64,000 nt of DNA. It comes from Octopus bimaculoides (lineage: Eukaryota). Below, piece after piece: positions 12,943 to 26,594 of this stretch; the first letter of the stretch is position 1, and each line of letters opens with the position of its first letter. Made by a program: the position numbers and the translations under genes. Location of the stretch: the NCBI RefSeq assembly GCF_001194135.2, contig NC_068982.1, positions 5,598,795-5,662,794 on the forward strand, given 5' to 3'. The notes under the pieces were generated by a model. That model made no database searches and was not told the DNA's origin. It saw only the letters and a list, made by a program, of their open reading frames with translations.

Positions 12943-13379
12943 GTCTATATAAAGCCCTTTTTCTATTCATTTAGTATCTTCAAGCTTTCGCTTTCCCTTT
13001 TAAACACTTTTATTATATTTTCTATTTAATCTTTATTACATTTAAATGATGTTATTTTTTTTATCGTAAAGGTTATTCCACTCAGATATTTACATTTATA
13101 GAATGTTTTTATTCATAAACTTAAAATAAAATGTTATTGTCAGTCAGAGAATAATTTCGAACACTCTGTACTAAGTAAATTTATTATACTGTATCATATA
13201 TTTATAATGTGTGTGTGTGTGTGTGGGGGGGTGTCTCTGTTTATTTATGACTCTTAAGGAGTCAGCTCGGCGAGTTGTACGTGGGACGATGATTCAGATC
13301 CACGCAGTCTGCGTTTCAGTTTTACTTTCACACAAATCCTTACACCTAAGAAGATGAATGAAATGGTAGGAGGCGATGG

Positions 13380-13626
13380 GGTGGGGACGGCTATTTGCTT
13401 TATTCTGTGAATTCTGTGATATTCTTAAATTCTTCAAGGCGGTGCCCCAGTATGGCCGCAGTCTAACGACCAGAACAAATAAGATATGCAAAATAAAAGA
13501 CAGATTCGAGCGTGGGTGTGTGGTAAGAAGTTTGCTTCTTAACCACATGGCTTCACGTAGCAAGTGTTTTCTACTATAGCCTTGGGCCGACCAAAGTTTT
13601 GTGAGTCGATTTGAAAGAAGCCTGGC

Positions 13627-13677
<51 letters not shown>

Positions 13678-14140
13678 CACGCCATGTTGGACCGTTGAAC
13701 TCTACCCGATTTGTTTTCATTCTTTCTGTTTATTTTCTCTTATTCGTTTCTGTTCAAGAGCATAGGTTCGAAATGTAAAAGACTTCTTCACTTTTCCCGT
13801 CAAACTAAAACACTTGTTCTTATACCTGTCTTCGTCTTTTGTTTTTCTATATATTTCAACTATGTGTGTGTGTGTATGTGTGTATGAGGGTGTCTGTGTT
13901 TGTTTCCCGTCACCGCTTGACAACCAGTGTTGTTATGTTTACATCCCCGTTATGTAGCATCTCGGCAAAAGTGACCGATAGAATAAGTACCAGGCTTTAC
14001 AAATATATATATATATATATATATATAAGCAATAATAAATCTCTGAGCGAGGTATATATAATAAATACTGGTGTTGATTCGTTCGACTAAAATTCTTCAA
14101 GGTCGTGCCCCAACATGGCCGCAGCGTAATGACTGAAAGT
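13380..14140 (+). mobile_element. Fragments of SINE family A
   Basis: A 3' fragment, a 5' head at ~13510 and a further 3' half at ~13900-14140. Confidence 0.7.
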
Positions 14141-14628
14141 AGTAGAAGATAATACAGACACACACGCGCACACACAGACACACAGACACGCGCGCGCACG
14201 CACGCACGCTCGGTGAGTGATTGTGTGCATTTAAGTGTCCGAGTGTTTGCTTGTGTTTCCAAATATAATTCCGATGATACAAAAGGCAGGGATTTTCAAA
14301 TTGGAATTTGATACAAACATGATGGGTGGGTTTCTAAAAGAACCAAGGTATGAAAGGTATTTAGTGGAGGCGGTCGTTTCCTGCTGGGTTTAGCAACACT
14401 AATGAATGAATTGTGAGTCACCCACTGGATGGGTTAACTGCTTATTATCGGTAACTGCCCTTGTAGATTTGGCACCAATGAACGAGGTAAAATGCGGTCC
14501 ATAAATATGTGTGGTGCAGAGTGTTACAACGATATGTGTCCAAATAATACAATTTCAAATTAAGATTTTTTTCTTCTTCAACTAATGTTATGAGAGCTTC
14601 TCAAGTGATCGAAATATTCTAATATATA

Positions 14629-14720
<92 letters not shown>

Positions 14721-15189
14721 TTATGATGATAACGTAATGATATCATCGAAGAGACGACGTATTAGGCTTAAATCAATCACTGGAGTCGATTCGATCGGCT
14801 AAACCAGTGGTTCCCAAAGTGGGTGCTACTGCCTCTCTTGGGCGGTGGAAAGATCCAGGGCTGGAGCGCTGAAGAAAAGTGGGGTCCGTAATAGGGTGGC
14901 CAAAAGGCGGTGGGGGGGGGGATGCGGCAATAGATGTAAAATCAACAAAATAATGGGTGAATTAGGTTAAGTTTCGATTCCCGGCCGAAAACCCTAACCG
15001 CTGAACCACGCACTTTCACACACACGCTCTCTCTCGCACACACACACACACACATGCTCACATGAATGTGTGTGCATGTGTGTGCAGTATTATTTATAAC
15101 AATAGACTGTGTTTCTGGTAGCCAAGTATTTATAAAAGCACTTAACCTTATGATATAATATACAGATCATCAATGTCATATGTACATTT

Positions 15190-15240
<51 letters not shown>

Positions 15241-15959
15241 TAATGCATATTTACGCATAACAAATACATACATGTGTGTTTATATATATAAAACGTTGAA
15301 CATATTGTATTACATACACAGCGCTCACTGCGTGGTAGTCTCCTAATCACCATCAGTCATATCAACTGGAAATCTCAACTAATTCAGCGTCTCTTGATAA
15401 CAACACTTCATCCAACAATGCGTGGCAAAGTTTCTATCTCCAGGAAATACCCACTTTTCTTTGCCCTACATAGTAGCACGTTTTCCTTTACATCTTGTTT
15501 TATTTCTTACGGAATTACTTCACCAAAACTTGCCTAAGTTCAAAGGTGATGTACAATATGTAGTATGCGATAAATTCTTAATAATTTCATAATTCCCTCT
15601 CATTTTGTGAAGGATTTAAATTATAGCGGAAAATGTAAGAGAGTGTCAAAGAAGAAGGGAGATAATTTGTAGAAATAATTTCTTTCACGAGTTAATTTAC
15701 ATACTTTCTAAAAGGACAGTTTGATCTTTATTTGCACGCAAGATAACAGCTCTGATCAAAAGTTTCGGTCTATTACAGTTTGTTGACATAATTGCAAGAT
15801 ATTGAAGCTTATGAATTAGTTAAGCTTTTTTACATTTAGAAAAGCAGCGCCATATGTTTATTTTGGCGAAGTGCAACCAACATCATATAGATATATGCAT
15901 GAATCTATATTCATGAAAATATAACAAATGCTGTAACATCTTTTTGTTTGCTGCAGGAA

Positions 15960-17785
15960 AATCGATGACGTCTTCCCGCAGAAAAGTTACCATCGCACTC
16001 ACAAATTTCTAAATAGAACAAGATTGTGTAACAATTACATTAATTTGATATAAGGTTCGAACTGGGATGCAGGAGGAACTGAACTCTGAACAACATCTAA
16101 CAATCATGTTTTGTTTTGTTTTTCTTTTCACAAGTTCTGTGCTGTTCTTATTGTTTAAAGACAATCTGTTGCACCCGATCCTGAGGTATGTAGTTTTATC
16201 TGTAACATGAAGTGTCTTTCTTGGCCACGGAATTCAAACATAGTGAAAACTTCAAAATTCTAATGAAAAGCTTTTTTCTGGTTAGTAAAGGCTGGCCTGA
16301 AAGGTTTAAGAAACGCTCGAATTTGCACAGCATAAAATTGACAGGTGAAGCTGTCTGTGCTGATACAAAGGCTGCAACTAATTATCCTGAGCAACTGAAA
16401 AAAATAGCTGCTGAAGGAAACTGCACTTTCCTAGAAGCCCATGCCTGCTAGAAAATTTATTTCTCGAGAAGAAAAAAATTAACACTATGATTTAAAGCTG
16501 ACGTTACTTTTGAGAGGAAATGCCACTGGTCATATGAAATTAAAGTCCTTACTCGTGTATCACTTCCAAGAGTCACGCGAAGTTTAATTTGTCACTGATT
16601 AAGCATTTAAATAAGTAGGCTTGGATGACTAAGAGCGTTTTCGAAGAGTGGTTTGCAAACACTTTTGTAAGATGGTACTGTGTCAGACATAATTCCAACA
16701 AAACATTGCTTTTTTTAGAAAATGCACCAAGAATCTCAGATACTTTCTGATAATGGGAGAGTAGAATATATTCCTTAGAATTACAACTGCTTTGTTCTAG
16801 ACAATGGATTCAAGTGTGAAGGTTAACTTCAAAGAGTATTATCTGAGAAGAACTTTCTAACAGCTTACGAAAATAATTGATTGGGAGGATAAGCATCCAG
16901 TGAGAAACTTCTGGAAAGAAAATCAACATAATGGACACTGGATAAGATAGCTGAGTGAGCGAATGAAGTGAAACTCTCAACTTTGAATGATGCTTGGTTA
17001 ATCTGTATTCGTGATTTCACAAATTTCACACAGGCAGAAAGTCAACAGCACATTCGGAATGATAGTGTGATACTTACAAATAGTGTAGAGTTTGAAGAAG
17101 ACAAAAAAGAGGTTTTTAATTGAGTTACTAATATAGAAAATGTTTATCTAACGAGATGATGTTGTGAGAACAAATTCAAGCTGAGATACACGTGAGAATA
17201 CAGAAATTCTACTAATTTCACTTATATTGATTGCTATGAATATTGTTAAAGGGTTGGCACTTATAGAGGAAGGTCTGCAAATTTTTGTTGAAAACAAACT
17301 TAACCGTGACCGTCAAAAAAAAAAAATTACACAAAAGTTTAGAATGAGCTCACTTCCTACATTGAGTTATATAAAGAGATGATGCGCCGTAAACATCAAA
17401 CAATTACGGATGGGTTAGGGCTAGGTTTTGCCCCTCAAATAGATGTTGATGAAAATGGACTATAATCTCTCAGTAACTCTCACTCCAACACCATTCCTCA
17501 TACTATAGTCAACATATTTTGTGGTAAGAATACTTTATTACAATCTTACATAATCCTTACTGTAGTTTTCTTTAAATGTCTGTATGTATGCCAATTGCAC
17601 TTTGTATGTTTAGAAATTGTTATTTTCTTCTATAGATGTGTCAAGTTCCCTCCTTTTGGCATTGTGTTTTATTTTTTTTAAATATCTGCCAGAACACATT
17701 ATCAGTCTATAATATGAAAATCAATGGGAAGTTAATTTCGCGTAACGGAGAGCTTTTCAGGCACGTATTATTCCTGTAAAGCAGG
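15960..17785 (+). pseudogene. Degenerate Tigger/pogo (Tc1-mariner superfamily) transposase
   Basis: ORF 16212-16451 reads SKGWPERFKKRSNLHSIKLTGEAVCADTKAATNYPEQLKKIAAEGN, matching the Tigger motif ASRGWF.RFK.R..LHNIK..GEAASAD..AA.SYPE.L.KII.EG. The surrounding sequence is full of stops, with a TIR-like tail near 17735-17780. Confidence 0.8.
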
Positions 17786-17792
17786 GAGTTCA

Positions 17793-17849
<57 letters not shown>

Positions 17850-17854
17850 GTCTA

Positions 17855-17893
<39 letters not shown>

Positions 17894-18954
17894 CTTACCT
17901 CAATTGTAATAAGTAATATTCATTCACCAAGTTATATTTGTATTTACTAATTCAGATCTAAAAGAAGCAACTTGTGAACGTTGAACCTTGGTGTATCAAG
18001 AAACGTTTTTTTGCCCACTGATATAAAACGTTGTCCAATCTTATTTTAATGTGAAAAAAGATTTTTCATTTTTGAAAATGTATTTGAAATATGCTTATTT
18101 CATGTTTTAAATATCTCTTTCTATGAAAAATCACAAATTAAACACCCAGCACCACTGCATAGCATCCCTAAAAGCAGTTATCGCTCCCTTGTAATCTCAC
18201 AACTCTCTCAAGAGGGCGCTACCGATTAGACTAAGAACCATTGATGCACAAACTTCTACGTTGGCTAGTTTTCTATGAAAGTTGTATTTGAAAGCATATC
18301 TGAGAGGTAATGAGATGTCGAATTATATCTAGAATACAGAGGAACAGTAATTTAAGCATTTAGCCCAATTTAGACCTTCATAATAATGATTTCTTTGATA
18401 GCCACAAGGTCACACATCCACTAGGTCAAAAAGGGCATATGGTCAAACAGCCAAAGCCAGGGACAACTTCAAGACCACACACAGCCTCAAAGTCACACTT
18501 AGCTGTGAGACCACACATAACCACAAAGTCACACTTGATCATCAGGCAACAAATAGTCACAAGACTACACACAGTCCACAGTGAGTGAAGTTAATTTAGT
18601 CAACCCAGCACTTATACTTATTTTATCAGCCCTGAAATGATAGAAAGAAAGAAAGAAAGGAAGGAAGGAAGGAAGAAGGAAAGAAAGGAAGGAAGGAAGA
18701 AAGAAAGAAAGAAATCGTCACAATGCTCTATCTACTTTGATTCTTACTGCTTTTTATTTAGTGCAACGCTATAAGTTTGCGTAGTTATAATGTATTACTG
18801 CTACTTATTTTACAGACTCGAGAAGGCTTGAAAAGTTGAGTCAAGATTTGAACTTGAAACGATGAGGAAAGTGATTAAATGATATCAAGTGTAGTTAGTC
18901 TTAAGCCATCTCTCTACTTTTGGATTTGTAATTGTGTGTCAATAATGTTTGTTG

Positions 18955-19090
18955 TTGGCACTCCGTCGCTTACGACGTCGAGGGTTCCAGTTGATCCGAT
19001 CAACGGAACAGTCTGCTTGTGAAATTAACGTGCAAGTGGCTGAACACTCCACAGACACGTGTACCCTTAACATAGTTCTCGAGGATATTC
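18955..19090 (-). mobile_element. SINE family C 3' fragment (runs into gap)
   Basis: GGCACTCCGTCG...GGTTCCAGTTGATCCGATCAACGGAACAG...ACACGTGTACCCTTAAC. Confidence 0.8.
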
Positions 19091-19913
19091 NNNNNNNNNN
19101 NNNNNNNNNNNNNNNNNNNNNNNNNNNNNNNNNNNNNNNNNNNNNNNNNNNNNNNNNNNNNNNNNNNNNNNNNNNNNNNNNNNNNNNNNNNNNNNNNNNN
19201 NNNNNNNNNNNNNNNNNNNNNNNNNNNNNNNNNNNNNNNNNNNNNNNNNNNNNNNNNNNNNNNNNNNNNNNNNNNNNNNNNNNNNNNNNNNNNNNNNNNN
19301 NNNNNNNNNNNNNNNNNNNNNNNNNNNNNNNNNNNNNNNNNNNNNNNNNNNNNNNNNNNNNNNNNNNNNNNNNNNNNNNNNNNNNNNNNNNNNNNNNNNN
19401 NNNNNNNNNNNNNNNNNNNNNNNNNNNNNNNNNNNNNNNNNNNNNNNNNNNNNNNNNNNNNNNNNNNNNNNNNNNNNNNNNNNNNNNNNNNNNNNNNNNN
19501 NNNNNNNNNNNNNNNNNNNNNNNNNNNNNNNNNNNNNNNNNNNNNNNNNNNNNNNNNNNNNNNNNNNNNNNNNNNNNNNNNNNNNNNNNNNNNNNNNNNN
19601 NNNNNNNNNNNNNNNNNNNNNNNNNNNNNNNNNNNNNNNNNNNNNNNNNNNNNNNNNNNNNNNNNNNNNNNNNNNNNNNNNNNNNNNNNNNNNNNNNNNN
19701 NNNNNNNNNNNNNNNNNNNNNNNNNNNNNNNNNNNNNNNNNNNNNNNNNNNNNNNNNNNNNNNNNNNNNNNNNNNNNNNNNNNNNNNNNNNNNNNNNNNN
19801 NNNNNNNNNNNNNNNNNNNNNNNNNNNNNNNNNNNNNNNNNNNNNNNNNNNNNNNNNNNNNNNNNNNNNNNNNNNNNNNNNNNNNNNNNNNNNNNNNNNN
19901 NNNNNNNNNNNNN

Positions 19914-20200
19914 GCGGAATTTGAACTCAGAACGTAAAGACAGACGAAATACTTCTAAGCACTTCGCCCGGCGTGCTAACGTTTCTGCTAGCTTGCCGCC
20001 TTCTTAAAAATATTCATTTCTACTCTAGGCACAAGGCCCGAAATTTTGGGGGAGGGAACCAGTCGATTAGATTGATCCCAGTACGCAACTGGTATTTAAT
20101 TTATCGACCCCGAAAGGATAAAAGGCAAAGTCGACCTCGGCGGAATTTGAACACAGAACGTAAAGACAGGTGAGCTAACGATTCTGCCATCTCGTCGCCT
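19914..20200 (-). mobile_element. SINE family B head-to-tail dimer
   Basis: The head of one copy (ending GCTTGCCGCC) abuts the tail of the next (TTTCTACTCTAGGCACAAGGCCCG). Confidence 0.8.
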
Positions 20201-20646
20201 CCATTACGATAATAACATCTTTGTCTCATTTTGTGGCGATTCTAAAGCGTGGGGAGCAAATCAATTACATCGATTGCAGTGCTTGACTAATATTTGTTTT
20301 ACCGATCCTGAAAGGATGAAGGACAAAGTCAACCTTTTAGGTGCAAGGAAAATTTTTTAAAGGGAGTTTGAGGACTTGTGCCCTAGTAGCTGTCCTCTAA
20401 GAGATGAAATGCTAAATTACTTCCAGCGAAATTTGAACTCTGAACAGGAAGAACAAAAAATCGAGCTGGATGGAACTGAACCAGGAGGTATGGAGGTCGA
20501 CTCTTTAGCATCACGGCTATAATAATAATGCGGGAACAGGTCTATTATGTTTGAACCTTTTCTTATTTCTTTTTCCCCACTTAAATGTGTTCCATTTATT
20601 ATAATGGTGTCTCTTTGGTTGTCAGTGAAATGTCAGTGTGACGGTA

Positions 20647-20680
<34 letters not shown>

Positions 20681-21129
20681 GGGAGGAGGGAGGGAGAGAG
20701 AGAGAGAGTGGGGGACCTGAATTTGAACACTGTGAGATGGGGTAAGGCTATAGTTGGTAGAATTGAACCAATTTCAGCTGGAGAAAGAAGAGATCGGGAT
20801 AAATACGACAAACCGGATAGACGTTGTTATGTCGCTGTTTATTTTTCATGCAACTCTTTTGTATTCTGGACAATTAATAATCATTTAGCACAAATCAAAT
20901 GTGGTTTAGAAGGACGTATGAAGGAACATATAAAGAACGAATTAATGATATCATTTAGAGAAATAACCACCATGGTTTCAGGATATATCTATATTCGTAC
21001 TAATAGGCTAACTTGAAGCTCGTTCATTAATACAGAAGCTATTATTTATCATTCCAGCTCTAACAATTACAAATACATTTCTTACATTCCAGGATGAGTT
21101 TATTATTTTACGAAATAAGTCCGTATAAC

Positions 21130-21955
21130 AGGCGCGGGCGTGACTGTGCAGTAAGAAGCTTGTTTCCCAATTACATGGTTCCGGGTTCAGCCCAACTGAG
21201 TGGTACTGTAATCGGTATTTTTTTTGGCTATCTCAACCCCGTTAGAAAATTGGGTTATCTCTCTCCGCCCCCGTTTTACGAGAAATATCGGTACTTTTGG
21301 TTATCTCCTTCAACTAAAAAAAATGTTTAACCCTCAATAAAAGAAATAGAGGAGAAATAAAAAATTAATAAACATAAAAAGTGAAAAGACGAAACATCGT
21401 TTTGAATCTGATATTTTTTATAAGAAATCATACAAAACTGAAAAAATTAAACAGCTTACTGAATCTGATAACATTTTTAAAACAAATCCTACCATTCCTA
21501 TTGAGGAGGCCAAAAGTCAATAATGCGTTGAAATATTGAATGAAAAGGATCTCAACTCTTTTAATCCAATCTCTTGTCGCCACATTAACTCGGATTTTTT
21601 AGTGGCAATTTTTTAATGGGGGTGAGATAACCAACAAGTACCCTTTGGTCAAGTGTCTTCTACTAGAGCTTCGGGCCGACCAAAGCCTTGTGTGCCTTAT
21701 ACGGAAACTGAAAGAAGTTCATCACACACACACACAGACATACACGTGTGTGTGTGTGCGTGTTTGCTTCCTCAACCGCTCGACAGCCAGTGTTGGTATA
21801 TTTACGTTCCCCGTAACTTAGTAGTTCAGCAAAAGAGACCGATAGTATAATTACTAGCCTTTAAAAAGCGTACTGGGGTCGATTAATTCGACTAAAAGTG
21901 CTCAAGGCAGTGTTCCAGCATGGCCGCAGTCTAATAACTGAAACCAGTAAAAGAT
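21130..21955 (+). mobile_element. SINE family A split by a MITE
   Basis: The SINE head stops at ~21206 (…TGGTAC) and resumes at ~21643 (CTTTGGTCAAGTGTCTTC). Confidence 0.8.
21214..21642. mobile_element. MITE with GGTACTTTTTGGTTATCTCACCCC-type TIRs
   Basis: Inverted termini; the internal sequence matches 41434-41956 in the opposite orientation. Confidence 0.75.
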
Positions 21956-23641
21956 AATTTCCTGAGTTCTAGTCTCGTTTCTGATTATTATTATATCTCG
22001 GAGGTGAATTCTTTAAACACTCCTTTTGATTTTTCATGCAAAACGAATATATGTAGTAATTAACCTAATTAGCTATTAAACGATGAAGATCATGCTTGTG
22101 GTTCTCAAAATCTATGAAAGTTGCATTGACGAAAGAGAGAAAAAAACTATGAAAAGCACATAACTACAAAACTATTAGGTTGAAACTGAACTGTTAGACT
22201 TATACAAGTTAGACTTCTTTCATCTAACACTCCATGGTCCGGCAACTCCAATAGACCGGTACTTTTTTAATCTAGCGCCATTGGTTGTTTGATCTGCCAC
22301 CAAGGAAGCTATAAGTCGCCAAATATTATTTACTGCAGCTAAATGTTCTGGGGCAGTAAAGAGACCGTTAGAAGAAGTGTACGGGTTGTCGATGAATTCG
22401 ACTAAAGGTGTTTAAGGCAGTGCCCTAGCTCATTTCTGATAGTTTGCTGAATGGCATCCCAAAAATAAAGAGGGGAAATCGATGGTGCTAGTGGTAAATA
22501 TCATAAGCACATATCTTTGTCCACGAAAGTAAATATGGAACTGCTGTCTTAAGCCTTGTTCTTGCTTTGATAAGACGTCAGTTTCTATATATGAGATGGC
22601 AAGACTATATAGGCCTTTCTTTAAGGTCGAATTTCTATTTTCTGGCATTTTCTGTGGCTAAGCAGTGGTCAAATCTAAAAGCTTTTGGATTTAAAAGGTT
22701 CAAATCCTGTATGTATGTGCGTGTGTATAGCCAAGTTCGCATGTTGTGGAGTATAAGTGAGATGCCTTAGTGAGAATAGATTTAGACAATCTGTCATGCG
22801 CCATCCAATACTGTTAATTAGTTGTGATTCTAAACAGATTACGTTAGTCTGATTTGCCAAAGTTTACCTAGCTGTTTGGCATGGACACTACGTATCATAT
22901 CAGAATGTCCTCATTATTAACCAGGCGGAGATTTATCTCACCCACTTTAATCCACAGTGAAAGAACCCCCTGGTAGCAACAAGTGTTTTCAAGGGTCAGA
23001 AAAATCCCTAGTGTATCACAGAATCAGTAAATCGATGAAATAAATACCTCTGCACGATTAAGTTACGTTCCGAGTTCAAACCCTTTTCTGGTCGATTTTA
23101 TCTTTTATCCTTCCGGTGTCAATAAACAAAGTACAAGTCAAAGACTAGAGTCTATATAATCAACTGTTACCTTCCCCGCAAAGTTCTAGTCTTGTGCCGC
23201 TGTTAGAAATTATCTTTGTTATTACTGATGTTCTAATGGTTTCTTTGTACTCATTAAGATGCGTGCGATCTACAACATGGAAGTTTTTCTGTAACTAAGA
23301 ACAACATCTGTGCCTATAATCAATCTAAAATATGAAGAGATTCTTGGAACGCTTATCCGTGCGTGAACGTGTTATCTGGAGATTTTCGATTTTCTGTTTT
23401 GTACCATTCTTCACTGCTCGTAACCTTCCTAACATTACAGAGAGCATTTTTGAGTTTACTTTTCATGTTAAGTATTTCTGTTACCAGGTTTTTCTATGTG
23501 AATTTTTCAAACATAATTCTGGAGATTTTTGTTGTCTTTTGGGCATACCACGTCAACATGTCTACAAGCCTTGGATATTTTATCTACAATGATATGAATG
23601 GAGTTTAGATATACATACATACATGCATACATACATACCTG

Positions 23642-23689
<48 letters not shown>

Positions 23690-23694
23690 CATAC

Positions 23695-23729
<35 letters not shown>

Positions 23730-24407
23730 TGTATGTATTATTGAGAATCACATCGTCTTCATTTTTTCCATCAGTCTCTGAGATATATACATGTGACATT
23801 TTTTTCTGCTATCGGGCTTTCATTTCGTTACATATTTTACAGTGGCTTGTCTCCACACCCCGCTCAAACAAGAAACACAAAAAGAATCCATCATATCATG
23901 TCTCCTGATGTTGCTTTGTTCCATATCAACCCTGTTCAAGCAAGCATTGCAATCATGACCATCCCATATTTTAGGCGCATACAGAACTACATTATCTAGT
24001 CCTTCCGTCCTAATATTTGTAATTGTTTTTTAATAAGGTATCTTTTCTAAAATTAATTACCCAGTATAACTGTAGATGATGCACAGACTACCACTACTTG
24101 CATAACGTTTCCACATCTATCCTATCAAAGGAGATAATATAACGTACGTTAGCTTTCGGTCTAGTTTCCGTGAATCAAATCTACTCACAAGGCTTTAGTT
24201 GGCCTGAGGCTATAGTAGAAGACACTTGCTCAAAGTGCCATGCAGTGGGTCTGAACTTGGAACCAAGTGGTTGGGAAGCAAACCTCTTACCATACATCCA
24301 TGTATGCGTCTGTATCACTGGCGATATACTTTTCAGATAAACTCCTTTTTGGTATGCTGTACTTATTTGCCTTCATTGGTTTTTAATTATTGATTTACAT
24401 CTATTCT

Positions 24408-24672
24408 TTTCTACTGTAGGCACAAGGCCCGAAATTTTGGGGGAGGGAGGCTAGTCTATTAGATCGACCTCAGTACGCAACTGGTACTTAATTTATCGAC
24501 CCTGAGAGGATGAAAGGCAAAGTCGACCTCAGCGGAATTTGAACTCAGAGTGTAAAGACAGACGAAATACTGCTAAGCATTTCGCCCTGCGTACCGGCTC
24601 GCCGCCATTTTCTGCCTGCTCGCTGCCCTTTTCTACCTGCTCGCCGCCCTTTTCTGCCAGCTCGCCGACCTC
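24408..24672 (-). mobile_element. SINE family B with 17-bp TSD
   Basis: TGATTTACATCTATTCT at 24391-24407 and 24673-24689 flanks a complete copy. Confidence 0.88.
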
Positions 24673-25264
24673 TGATTTACATCTATTCTCGAACCAACGA
24701 CTGCATTTATTTCTTGTTATTATTTACTGAATTAAGAAGTCGGTTACAATTCAACGTGGTGACTGATGTATTTGACAAACCTGACCTCCAGATTGCAGTT
24801 AGAGATGCAATGTTTCACAATATGGAAAGTATGTTCCAACGATATATTTGAATTAACATGTTATTCGAAAATCTAGGCTCAGCAAATCTTGTAACCAACT
24901 TTCCGTGTTGTTGTTGCTGTTGTTCCCTGCTACTGTCTTTTCTTGGAACGTACGATCACTAGTTGCATGGTTTGTGCAGCGAGTCATATCTCTTAGGCTT
25001 GCAATCTATTTGTGTTATTTTTGTGGCATGTTTTCTCAGCATAATTCAGTGCGACTCTGTACACTTGTGTACGTGTGTTTGCTATTGTATTGGAAATGTT
25101 TTCTGTGATATGTTTGCTTTAATATCTAATATTAAGATGCAGGGCTCAATGATTAGGGTTTGGACTCATGATCGTAAGAGTGCGGTTTCGATTTCGGAAC
25201 CCGACAATGCGTTGTGTTTTTGAGTAAAACACTTCATTTCATGTTGTTCCACTTCACTCAGTTA

Positions 25265-25465
25265 TGCAGCCCGGCAGAATCCTTGCCGCGCCGTCTTAAC
25301 AGAGTCGCAGCATTTCTTCCAAGTTCAAGTTCAAATTCCACCGGGTTCGATTTTGCCTTTCATCCTTTCAGGGTCGATAAAAGAAGTCCTGGTTGAGCCT
25401 TGGGATTAAGGTAATCGACTTAACCCCTCTTCCAAAATAGCTGGCTCTGTGCCAAAATTTGAATC
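25265..25465 (+). mobile_element. SINE family B
   Basis: GGCAGAATC...GTTCAAATTCC...TTTCATCCTTTCAGGGTCGATAA...GTGCCAAAATTTGAA. Confidence 0.75.
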
Positions 25466-25599
25466 CCATGTTTAACTCGAACATTAGTAAACGGACGTCT
25501 GTTAAAGAAATATGGGCCGGGGGGGGNNNNNNNNNNNNNNNNNNNNNNGGGGGGGGGGGATTTCGTTAAGTTACATTCTGGATAAGAATGATATGGGTG

Positions 25600-25850
25600 A
25601 AATATTAAATGAAAGAATTAGGTTTGAAACAGTATGGGTATGAAGAAGGAAGGAACTGGTGTTTGTCCAGCAGATCTGAGTGGAGGTGGCATGTGACTAG
25701 CTAATTCTGAGGAGAAGCTCTCTGTTGTAGCAGGAGTAGACAGAGTGGAGAGACAGTACATTTGTAGGCCAGTGGTTGTACTATATTGGTAAGTGAGTCT
25801 TTACTTAATCAGGGCAATGGTTTGAGAAGGGGATGCGGTCTTGGTTATTT
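25600..25850 (-). mobile_element. 3' fragment of a CR1/L2-like LINE
   Basis: The minus strand translates to SSELASHMPPPLRSAGQT, typical of the C-terminal region after the RT in this LINE group. Confidence 0.5.
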
Positions 25851-26594
25851 GCGTGTGTGGTGTGTGAGCAAGATAGATTGATAGATAGAGAGAGAGAGAG
25901 AAAGCGAGAGAGAACTTATGAAAAAGGCATTCCGTTTTGAGTCTTATTTGGTCTTCGTAAATTGTCGTCTGTAGCTGATCAGAACTTATGAATTTTCTGA
26001 ACGTAAAGGGGAAGTTTCAAACTGGAATGTGTTTTTTGCAAATATGATGTGAGATCATGCATACAAACACAAACACACAAGACGAGAGAGAGTTATTAAA
26101 ATCTACATCGACTTTGAGTGTTTAATTTGCATATTGTCCAAAACTAGCGAGAAGTAATGTATAAGAGGATTTCTTTTATCACGAATCGCAATGGTAACGT
26201 TTACATTCCTATCCAAATGAGCATAAAACTCGCTTAATCTACTATCCTGTATATTTTGAATATAACTATATAAAAAAAATCAATGATTTCCTTTCTGGTA
26301 TTGTTTAGCTAAAACCTGTTTCTCATGAGCAGCAGTGACAAGGGCCGTCTAATGTCCATGTATCGAGGCAGTCAAGTCACTTTTCATCCTTCGAAGAATT
26401 TTCGAACAAAAATTATAAATGAATTGATATCGTACTGATTCTGCTGTGCAGGACATTAGTCTTTTAGTACTCCAAAGACAGAAATAACTCTTGTAATTTC
26501 TTTTCTATATCTGTTTTGGGGTATGTTGCCCTGCGCGCGCGCGCGTGTTGGGTTTTTTTTGCTTGTTTCTTCTATCAAGATATATCTATGTATA

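Noticed and set aside
16212-16451. Domesticated TIGD/CENP-B-like gene
   Set aside because: Only 79 codons are open and the flanking transposase sequence is riddled with stops.
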